Positions 14,539-25,300 of a DNA stretch of 64,000 bases are shown here, in pieces; the stretch's first letter is position 1, and each line of letters opens with the position of its first letter. This stretch comes from Perkinsus chesapeaki ATCC PRA-425. Lineage: Eukaryota > Protista > Perkinsozoa. The stretch is taken from NCBI GenBank assembly GCA_013115145.1, contig JAAPAO010000104.1, forward strand, positions 1 through 64,000, given 5' to 3'. The position numbers were made by a program, and so were the translations under genes. The notes under the pieces are model-generated. The model saw nothing but the letters and a program-made list of their open reading frames with translations, searched no databases and was not told where the DNA came from.

Positions 14539-16199
14539 ATGCTCGGACTGTCTCGTCGTGCCTTGGGCCCTGCACTCGTTCGTCCGCTCTACCAACGCGG
14601 GCTGATGGCAGCATCTACTACCGCCTTCAGGACTACCGCTCCGACCATGTAGCTACAATCCCGCTCCGACTTTGGTTTCAGGCAGTTCTCTGTGGTAGGT
14701 GGTCCAGCGGCGTGCGAGGCTTCGCGAGCATGCCTCCAGTTAAGCCGAACAACTCGTTGGTGCCTGTCAACGATACGGTGGAGAAGTTCACGCAAAAGGC
14801 AAGTCCTGTAGGATGCCTTTCTCGCATCTTGCCACTGTTTAGGTTTCAACTACGGGACTGTTGCCTGCTTGTAAGTCTAAGATAGCTGAGGTTACTAACA
14901 AAAGCGCTATCTTTGAGGTGAGCACTCGAGGATGTGTCTTGATGTTCGTGGGCGTTATTTCTCCAACACGAATATACGCGATACATTCCCGTCTAATTCT
15001 CTATGACCCATAAATTTGCTTAATTACGTCCTCGGTGTAGATTGCTCCATTCAATTCCCAGTGTAAATTACATTATTACACCGGTCAATTCACGTGAATG
15101 AAGCCAGTGGATAACAGGGAACATTTGGTATTGGAATAGAGTAAAGGTACAAAGTATCATCCTGTTACGTATGCAACGGGCTTGAGATAAGACTCAATCG
15201 TGAAACTGGGTATTGCGTCTCATCGCCGTTTGGGCATCGTCGTAACGTAGAGGTTGGTTGCCATTACAAGGGTTCATTTCAGATATCTGTGGGAGTTGTG
15301 GTGGCACAGTACAAGCAGATATTCCTAAGTCTTATGCGTAACATTTTCCAGTCCTTCAGACCCTTGCTGATCACCGTCATTATGGGTAGTAAATAATTCC
15401 TGCAGCAACTTCGAATAATTTTCTATTTCTACTGCTTGTTATTCCCATTCGTCTGAATGTCATATTTATAACTATCATTATTATCTATCATAATATCCAA
15501 TCTCTTCTTTCTCATTACTCTTATTATTACTCTTCTTGCTATATTTCCGCGCTGAATGGTTTACCATTTCCACCGCTTTGAGACCGCTACTGCCTTTATC
15601 ATTCACCATTATCAGCCCTCTCATTCCCATACGATATTTCATCGCTTGGTCTTTGAGAATTGCCGGGGCTATTGGTGTGTATGATTACGGTGGTTTGGGC
15701 TCCTTGTGTGGTGGTTAGGTAACATGCTCAAGATGGCTGCGTTCTTGATGCAATTCCCGATATCATTCTACTCCATATTCTTTTTTGAAGTCTTCTATGG
15801 CATGGCACAGTTGGCGATCAGCTTCGTATTTGTGTGTTTCTTCCACAACAACATGAGCCTCCAAACGAGGGTAGTATCCTTTCGGGTGTGTTTTAGGTAA
15901 CGTGCTAAAGATGGCCGCATTCTTGCTCCAAATTCCAGTGGGCTTTTACTCCATCTTCATGTTTGAAGTCTTTTACGGCATTTTCCAGCTCGGCCTAAGT
16001 TTCGTATTTGTGTGCTTCTTCCATAACGATGTTAGTATGCAGTCGAGGGTAATAGGGAAAGAGCAAGGACAGGTTGAATTTTCTGGGGAAGTGTCTTGGC
16101 TGTCTGCTGGTGCATTTTGGGTTTTGTTCCTGTCAGGCTCGACAGCAGCTGCTTAGGACGATGCGCCGTAACTTGAGGCGGTTCAAGCATATGATGTAG
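14539..16199 (+). CDS. Nucleus-encoded mitochondrial ATP synthase F0 subunit a-like protein (myzozoan type) with duplicated alternative exons
   Basis: Arg-rich presequence MLGLSRRALGPALVRPLYQR. Exon 15283-15385 (ISVGVVVAQYKQIFLSLMRNIFQSFRPLLITVIM-G) splices in phase to NMLKM...FEVFYGMAQLAISFVF. The E-x6-Q spacing matches the last helix of subunit a, and RPLL...G.vmK...FEVFY resembles the Toxoplasma subunit a as I recall it. Last exon 16137-16199. One internal exon between 14870 and 15283 is unresolved. Confidence 0.75.
15719..15870 (+). other. Alternative exon A of the subunit a-like gene
   Basis: ag|GT AAC ATG CTC AAG ... CAA ACG AGG|gt. 152 nt, phase 1 to phase 0. Encodes (G)NMLKMAAFLMQFPISFYSIFFFEVFYGMAQLAISFVFVCFFHNNMSLQTR. 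Confidence 0.85.
15897..16048 (+). other. Alternative exon B of the subunit a-like gene
   Basis: ag|GT AAC GTG CTA AAG ... CAG TCG AGG|gt. 152 nt, phase 1 to phase 0. Encodes (G)NVLKMAAFLLQIPVGFYSIFMFEVFYGIFQLGLSFVFVCFFHNDVSMQSR. Confidence 0.85.
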
Positions 16200-16341
16200 A
16201 GAAGCGAAGCAAGCGTTTTTCAAGAGGCTGGATATTATTGGTGACGATGTAGAGTTTCGTGTGGGAGTAATGAGGCGTTGTGTTGGTGAAGTTGGTAATA
16301 CGCATGCGAACGGAGGCAATCATGACAAGCTTGAAGCCTCT

Positions 16342-19300
16342 ATGTCGTACGAAATACGGCCTACAGACAGGCCGCTGACGGTCGATGCGTTTGTGGATTT
16401 ACAAAGGGAACTTTTGCCTTTGGAACGCGACGAGGAAATCTCGCAGACAACAGAAGTGTTGCAGACGCGGTCCAATGCGGAGCTACAGGTGACAGTGAGA
16501 TCTCGATGGAAAGAGAGCGAACTTGGTCATTAGGATCGAGGAGTGGTGATACTCAAACTCCTACTGGATTCGGTCTCTACTGGACCTTACGGACGTAATG
16601 CACCACTGCCATCATACTGTGTCGTACTGGCGCCGTGCAGGCCCTCTTTTGACGTTCACGAAGCCATCTGGTCGAGGGGAGCAAAGGCCACTTCTGCCAC
16701 CCAACAGGTCGGACGCAGTTCCTCTCTGAGACCCTCTAGCTAACCCACTTGATGACCTGTCTATTAGGTTCACCTCTGGAGACATAGTAGGTGTCTTCAG
16801 TGTGTCCGGACATCAAGGATTCAGTGGAGAGCCGGAAGTCAGCGGTGTGGTAATACTAACGGTAGGGTAGTTTTAATAGGAATACTAAATATTAGGAATA
16901 GGAATACCTATATTAAAATAGGAATTACTATGAATAAAATACGGAGTTTTCGTAACCTACTGCACATTTATTGGCTTCGGGCAGGCAACATGCTCTCGAG
17001 ACTGGCTGAAAAAGTGCGCTCCCTAGTAATGGTAATGCTTAGTAGATATCAAACGTTAGTGTTGTGTATCATCGATGTAAGAATATCAACAAAGCTTGCC
17101 TCCAATACCGCTCCTCAAGACTGATAGTAGGCACCCTATCTTAAGACTTCCTATACAGGATTATGATATAGTGTACAATAAGATGACAGTGCTCATGGAA
17201 ACACGAACTGAAATGTGAACAGGGGTGGGGTAAGGTATTGGAGCCCGGGAGGCTCAGCCTGCTCGTCTTCTCAATATGACTGTAGTGTAACGAGGCAGCA
17301 GGCTGCTGCCAGCAGCCTTTGCTGTCGCTAGCAGCCGGTTAGGACCTTCTGATCCGGAAGTCCTCGAATTTCCGCAAATCTGAAGCTCCCCAAAAATATT
17401 TTTGAGGCAGAGACGCGTTTTAGGATATGGCTCGTAATTGTCCGAGGGCCTCTGAGTAGCCTTACGTATCTTAGGTCCACTCGGTCGGGCAGACTTCAGT
17501 GGTAGTCGTAGCAGATGACCCGGAACTTGACACTGATAATCTCAAAGTGGGAGGAGGCGCCCCAGCATACTCTTTGGCGCTTATGGGTACTAAGGATGGG
17601 TCTGCGATGGTGCCCGGGATCATTGAAACTCTTCGTTGAGTTGGTTTCGTCGCCATGAGCCTCCAATAGCGTCTATCGTATTGGGGAATTCCGGATGGTA
17701 TAAATACGTCTTTGGGCTGCTCCACCCAGCGGAATGTTGTTTATCTAGCTCAGCTGTAGTACGTCACTGTTAGCTCGTAGGGCTATCTGTTACGAGATCA
17801 CTTGAACATCATCATGCATGATCTTCTCTGTATATTCCTGAGAGAAATGTAACAGAGATGATCTCAGGAAAGCTTCAATGTTCATGAGGGGGCAACCTGT
17901 CTGTCTAGCAATATGCTGTTAATGATTATCTTGAAGCCTGGGCAGCGTGTCACACTTAGCTTAAATGTTTTTGGTGTTCTTTTTGCACTGGTGGCTGATC
18001 AGGTAGTGACGTAACCTACAAGCGGCTCAACAGTGTATTGGACAGACTGGCCAAAAGTGTAATGAGCAGGAGTCCATACCGCTCCTTTCTCTGACACCTA
18101 TTCTTCGCATCATGGTATTCTGGTCAGGTCCACAATCCCATTGTGTCATGCTGCTTCGGTGAGACGTCTATACCCTCGCTGCATCCTCGGGTCCAGGATG
18201 ATATCCCACTGACCTATGGTGCTAATCTGAACGAAGTTCAGCGGCGAGCTGTGAGAGTGTGCTTGGACGCGTCCCCTTTGGCATTGGTCCATGGCCCGCC
18301 TGGGACCGGTAAGACTACTGTATTGGTATCGTATATTCTGGAGTCGATCAAAGTAGCTAGTTGCAGCGCCGGTATTTCAGTTAGTTAGCTACTTCAGATT
18401 CATCAGAAGCTACTCGTTTGTGCACCATCGAATGTAGCCGTCGACAATCTGCTGGAGCGAGTGACATCCGTTGGTGGGATCTCCAATGTGGTGCGCATCG
18501 GCCATCCGGCGAGAGTTGGGCAGGGGCTTGAAAAGTAGGGCACTGCTCTTGCTGAGGATCACTTGCCGTGGGCTTTCCTATTTATTAGCTGGCTTACGGA
18601 TGAACTTGTCAGCGGAAGTTCATGTCACCCGTTTCTATTCTCAGCGACGTAGCCTTCAGCTCATCCAAAATAGTCTGTTTTATCTTCATCTCGACGCTAC
18701 TGAATGTAGACGAATGGCCTCATTGATGAAGATCTAGCCTGTGAATTGCGTACTTTGCGGCCACTCTTTTCCTTTGGGCCGTAGTTCAGCGTTCACAAAA
18801 ATGATGTAAGGAGAGCACGGATGGATCTCCCCGGCCATTGGCCGTTTTCGCACATTTTCCGAAAGAGTGCCTCTTTCTGTGTTGTTCGTTGGTGGTATGC
18901 CGCTTCCCAATTTGAAGGTACACATTGGACGCCAAACTAGCTCGTAGCGATCAGCAGCAGTTGGTTGGGGACATACGGGGCGAAATCGATAAGTGCATGA
19001 AGGAGCGCTTGAAAGCCCGAGAGAAGGGAACTAGACGACGTCTGCAAGGAGAAGTTCGTGAACTACGGAAAGAACTGAAGTATATCTCGCCTGAAGTGTC
19101 CACTGGATTATGGAAATATGGTATGCCATACCGTATTTCCATAATCCAGTATACCGGGTATGCTGCATAGCGAAGATTACCATTACACTGTTCAATTTAT
19201 GCGTGGAGGGCTCAGCCAGTCTCGTAGCAGCCTTCGCGATGCACGTGGATGATCGATACGACTGAATCTACAGGCCGGCTCATGCGAGACTAGCAAATGT

Positions 19301-22300
19301 ATGCCATAACTCAGATCTCGAGAGCGTCGAGCAGTATCAGAAGTGATTGGGCAGTCAAGTGTTGTCTTTGCTACTTGTACTGCCGCTGGCGGCCGTGCAT
19401 TGGCGAGGGCGTTGGAGGATGGTGAGTCAAATGATCGATCTGTTGGCGGAGTGTGCGTAGCTGTCAAGGAGCGGTAGTTTGAATCTCGCCGTTGAGGGTC
19501 GGACAGTAGTCTGTAATTCCGGATTGCCAGTGTCGTTTCTTTAGTATACTCGGAAGGGTCAGCGAGGCTTTTTGATGTGGTTGTGATCGACGAAGCTGCT
19601 CAGGCAATAGAAGCTGCATGCTGGATTCCCCTGTTGATGGGGAAGAAAGCAGTAGGTCGAGAATATCATCCATCCGGGGAGGGTGTGGATTGTGTTTCGT
19701 GTGACATTGTAGGTGTTAGCAGGAGATCATAAACAGCTTGCCGCTACTGTGCTGAGCGAGGAAGCTGCTAAGAAGGGACTACAAGTGACGTTGTTTGGGA
19801 GGCTCATGGAGATGATGGAAGATGCGTCCAAGGAGGAGGGCCGCGAGATGCCCAGTGTGATGCTGACTACACAGTGAGTCCTTAAAAATAGCGATACTAA
19901 AAAGCCAAGAATTCGGTGATCATATTTACGTATCTAAAAGGTGTCGGAATAACTTCCTGAGAATGTTATTCGAAAAAAACATATGTATTGGGAACACCCT
20001 GTAGTAGCTCTGAGCTACTAGCTCATGAAAAATTCCGATTTAGACTTCCAAACATCGGCTCAGTGTCAGTGTTGTCCTTTTCGCGCGGCAGAATTTTGCG
20101 GGTTCTATCACAACTCTCAAAATCACGAATCTAGCTAATGATTCATGATAATCGTCGTGTGAGCTGCAATCGCTCCCCTTGACCCGAAGTAGCCCCTAAA
20201 CTTGTCTCGGGACCTGCTTAAATCACGCCGCATCTTCAACGCGCCGCGGTTACGTCAACTTTATATCAGATATCGAATGAACCAAAGCATTATGGGCTGG
20301 AGCAACTCTCAGTTCTACAGCGGGCACCTCATCGCCGATGACTCTGTGAAATCGCGAACATTAGCAGAGCTAACACAGAAAGGTAGACCTCGAACCTCTG
20401 ACGATTTCGAGCTTGCGGATCGCTCGTGCCAGTCCTGCCGCCTGCTACGATAGAGTCCCTCGGACCATGGGTGGATGACGACCTTCTCTCCAGACCACTA
20501 TTGTGGATAGATACAGCGGGTATTAAACTCGGTCGGGAGTGTGTTTGTTGTCGGTGGTCTTTCGATAGGCGTTGATTGGATGCACGAGGATGAAGTCGGA
20601 GAGGAGGAGTCCCGAAGTAACAGCAGCGAGGCGACCATCGTGGTCAAGTACGTCTGGCTTCTAGCCAGTGTGGTCCGTCTTGGGAGTTCCGCGTGATTCA
20701 GGTATATAGAATACCTCCGAGCCTCTGGTATAGGGAAAAATCAGACGGCTGTGATAAGCCCTTATAATAGGCAAGTAGGAATGATCAGAGAAGCGCTGAA
20801 GAACTCTTTCAATGAGGTGATTTTCATGGGTCTGGTCTCTTCATCGTCCAAGTGTCCTTCAGGTCGACGCTTCTTTTGTATCCACGGTTGACTCGTATCA
20901 AGGGCAGGAGCAGGAAGTGGTGGTTTTGTCCCTGGTTCGGTCAAACGATGAAGGTAAGGCTATTCTAAGAACATATGTCGTATATGTGGACTCCACATTG
21001 TGGAGTGCGCAAAAAACACTAGTGAGCTGCTCGAGTATGAAAAATTATTATTATCTTTTTCTTGCATTTGCCGTTTCGTTTTTGAATGCTATGCAGGCTT
21101 TACTAAATCGAGTAACTCGAATCGAGTTTTAATCTGGAAGAGAAGAGATCAAATCAATATAATCCAGATCAAGTGACATTTAGTTAGGTGATTGCTCTGG
21201 GGTACTGTATATAGCCGAATATAGTAACCCGAATATATTGAGCGTTGAAATTTACTGGGTAAATTCGGAAAACGCTATAATTCAAGGAGGAGCAAGAGTT
21301 TGAACACGAAATTAATATAAAAAAAGAGGCATGTATATTTTTCGTAACGATTCAAATCGATCACCGCTGCGTCCGGCTAGGGCGAGCGAAAAGTCACCTT
21401 GCCACTGCTACCCACCGTCCAAATTTACCAGGCAGCGCGACACGTTGGGTATTTACACAAGAGGAACTCCGGACTATATCAACTTACATGCACCAATATA
21501 CCTTCCTTCACTCTGGAAGATACGCTCTACCCTACTGTCCACCGACCAGGTCAGGTAACCACTGACCCAGGCTTCTCATCGTCTGGCTATCCATCGCCTG
21601 GATACTGGGTCGAGTTGAACAATATGACTTATACTGGGTGCCGGTAAGATACAGGCCCCTGATGATCGTTTAGCCAGATTTGGGGACTGAACTTCAGTCA
21701 CCGGAGGGCTGTAGCATTACTATTAGATTATAGCCCACAGGTGTTCTATAGGTTTCATTCCTGGGCTATTAGCCAAACCTTCATCAGACGCGGCCCACGG
21801 AGGCTTCTTCTCTCCGAGCATGGCTGAGTTAAGGCTGGCTATGCGATGAATCGTTGTCCTGTTGCAGGACTCCTCAGGAGTCACAGTGACTCCTGTATAA
21901 GTTTGCGTCTGCGTTCACGCGCTGCCGTCTTTGACTTATACCAAGGAATGAAATCTCGTTGGAGAGTCTTCGTGTCTCTAAAGCTCATTATGAGCTATAT
22001 CCACCAATTTACCTAAGCTCATTTATTAGAGGTATGAGCTGCTCATACCTATTACACTTCAGTAATGCACTCTGACTCGCTCTTTGACTCATTGAACTCT
22101 GAAACCGCAGGCAGCCTCTATGGGGCAGGCTCTATACTAGAGCAGTGGTGTACTAGTAAGATGACCTTACTAAGGTCATTAAACCCAATCAAAGACGCCT
22201 TACCCTATTCTCACTCTTCTGCCTCAAGCTGCTTTCCCAAAGCCTCCGTAGCCGCCATGGAATCAACTAACTGTGGAGCACTACTGCTAGCACTGCCCAC

Positions 22301-25300
22301 TGCATCACCACTAGTAGCAGAAGTAACAAAACCGGGAGCTGACGACGTTGTAGTCGAACGAGACTTGGGCTTCCGTGCAGTTGTAGAAGCTGCCACAGTC
22401 TGTGGCTCATCCATGCTCGTAGTCGCTGGCGGGTTTGACGTCGTACCTTTGCTGCTTGAACTGCCACGAAGGGACTGAGTCAATGAAGTCTTAAACCGAC
22501 TCTCTTCCTTTGTTGTACGACTATAAGGCGCAGCATCTTTCCTTTTCTGCAGCCTAGCTTTCTTCTGCTCAATAGCCGCCTTCGCAAAAAAGGTCATCAA
22601 CTCCTCAATACCACTGCTAACAGTCGAACAAACTGAGTTGCCAGAATTGCGCGTACCAGCATGAGGAAATAACTCACACGTGTTCGCGTAACCGCATGTG
22701 CCCCAGCCCGGCTCAGGGTTCAGCATAAGCCGTTTAGGGCCCTGAGGATCTCGTGAAATTTTAATTCCGATTAGTATTCTTACGACAAGCTGACGTGATG
22801 TATAAACTGGAGAGACCATGTCTGGTACGCAGCGGGCAAGGCCCGCAAAGCGCTAGGACGCTTTTCAAAGCTTTTCGCTAGGAGATGGTCGATTCCCCCA
22901 GCCATACTATGGCTGCCATAGCAACACAACTCTGGAAGAGATGGGAAATATACATGGCAAAATGACACGTGACAACTCACAAACAGCGCGCAATTCCGTG
23001 AGTGTGCAGACTCTGAGCACTTGCCATTCATCTGTCGCTTTGACGTTTCATTCCTTTTGATATTTTTTGGCAAGAACGGATCCAAATGTACGACGGAAAT
23101 GAGAGAAGAGGCACTGGAACTCTCCACACAATGGGAAATATACATGGCAGCTTTCTTCTGCTCAATAGCAGCCTTCGCAAAAAAGGTCATCAACTCCTCA
23201 ATACCACTGCTAACAGCCGAACAAACTGAGTTGCCAGAATTGCGCGTACCAGCATGAGGAAATAACTCACACGTGTTCGCGTAACCGCATGTGCCCCAGC
23301 CCGGCTCAGGGTTTAGCATAAGCCGTTTAGGGCCCTGAGGATCTCGTGAAATTTTGATTCCGATGAGTATTCTTACGACAAGCTGACGTGATGTATCAAT
23401 GAAGAGGACAAATTTACCGAATTCATTTCAGTCGACCGTTTGCTTCAGTACTCGGAAGTTAGTGCGCAGTAATTGGGCAGGAAGATTTCCAGGGAGGATA
23501 AATACATCGCGACGATCACCGAACTCGAGGAACTCGGAATAGAAACTGGCGCATACTCACGGAACCATTCCTCATGGAGCACCAGCCAGGGCTCTTAGCA
23601 CAGAAACGTACTTATTTATATCAGCGGTGGCTGCAGGCCTATAACCTTAGGGGGGTAGAGAGGCAAGACACTTTTTATGAGTGTCCGACTCGGATTCCAA
23701 GTCTTGGAACTACACCTTGAGATACTAGGTTTTTTGAATGATTAAGCCCGTGGCAACGGCCACGGATGGCGGGACTGCAGTCTCTGTAATGCCTTCTGGG
23801 CACCTTGTAAGCTGCGGGAGTTGGATGGCCGGAAAGGCCTGGATGGTGAGTTTTCGAAGGTAGACCGCTAAGGCATCAATAGAGTCAAAGTCGGTGAGAG
23901 CCACCTTTGCCAGATCACGGAAAGACTTAACCGGAGTGGCGCCATATCGGCGACGGAGCTCGGCCTTGACCGTACTTAAGCGAGTCGAGGGAGAGTCAGT
24001 GGACTGGCCAAGGAGAGTGCTCACGGTGGCATAGGCCCCGTCTGTGACACTCAAGGTCAGCAGGCAGAGCGTGGCTTCAGCCGACAAACGAAGGCCAGAA
24101 GCAATGATGTTGAGCTTGTCGAGAAACTCTTCGACGTCCGTTTGACCTTTCGATGCACCATCCCAACTGAACGCATAGCGTTTGAGGCTGCCTAGGTGTT
24201 GAGGGTCACCCGCGGACGCCACCAGGGATTGGCCGTATTTAGCCGCAGCCACCGAGGCAGTAAACTCCTGCTGGGAGACTGTGGGAACCGCAGGGGCTCC
24301 CGAGCGGGGAGGAGGGGGTCCTCGCCTAGAAGGGATCTCGAGGGAGAGTGCCTGCTTCGGCACTGGAAAAAAGGGCGGTGGAGCCTTGGCATAACGCACC
24401 GAACTGCTCTTGGCCGCCATCTGGCGAGGGCCGGAACCGCTGGTCCCACCGGAGGGGAGGGCTCCCGCGGTGTCAACGAGCCCGGGAGGGAGCTCGTGCT
24501 GGCCATCAACCTGCGGGTCATCGCCATGAGGCGAGGGACGAGAACCGCCAGCAGGGGAGAACATTGAACTAAACTATCAAGGGATTTCCTGGGTCTGGGC
24601 ACCAGTTGGATGCCCGAACACAACAACCGGTAGGTTGCAGATAATAGCTTAGAGAACGGCTACGAAGGAGACTGCGGAAGTGGCGTCACCGAGGCGTCAT
24701 GTCACCGCGTGCGACAGGCGCGCGTCGCGGGCGTGCGATATCTGTGTGGGCCTGCCACTGCGGGTAAGCAGCTGGCGCTATGGCGTGGGTTGTTCGATAA
24801 CGGTTATTCATCAGCTATGCGCGTGCGTGCAGCCTGCATAGATTGCCACTGCCTAGTTATGTCGAGTTTATCGTGTCAATAACGTCCCTCTTTGATTGAG
24901 CTTGCATGAAAATGCCCTACCGTTGAGGTTATCTCCGTTGAGAAACACTCAGAGTGGTTTGATCGAACTGCTTCGTTAATCCGACAACAGTGACAACATT
25001 ATTGTCACATCAACTTCATTCCCTCCAAAAAGATTCTCCTAGTGAACTTTGAAAGTATCAATAATATCATCCGGATTCAAGCTTTCAAGCCTCTCACGAA
25101 CAGTATTGTCTATATGAAGTTTATTCTTGAGATATAAAATGGAAAGTTCACAACTATGTTCAAAAAAATATAAATCCTGCCTGTCAGGAGCAATCTTCTC
25201 TTCTTGGGTCCGATCTCCGTTCTCTTCCACACTTTTCCATTTAGGAGAAGTTGGCTTTTTGAAAGACTATCGAAGACTTAATGTAGCCGTTACTCGAGCA

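Noticed and set aside
15400-15560. AT-rich hydrophobic-looking stretch as a mitochondrial insertion (NUMT)
   Set aside because: No cox1, cox3, cob or rRNA motif is recognisable. It is kept only as an intronic oddity.
15719-16048. Exons A and B as consecutive constitutive exons or two separate genes
   Set aside because: Joining them breaks the frame, the spacer is only 26 nt, and there is a single upstream exon set and a single terminal exon.
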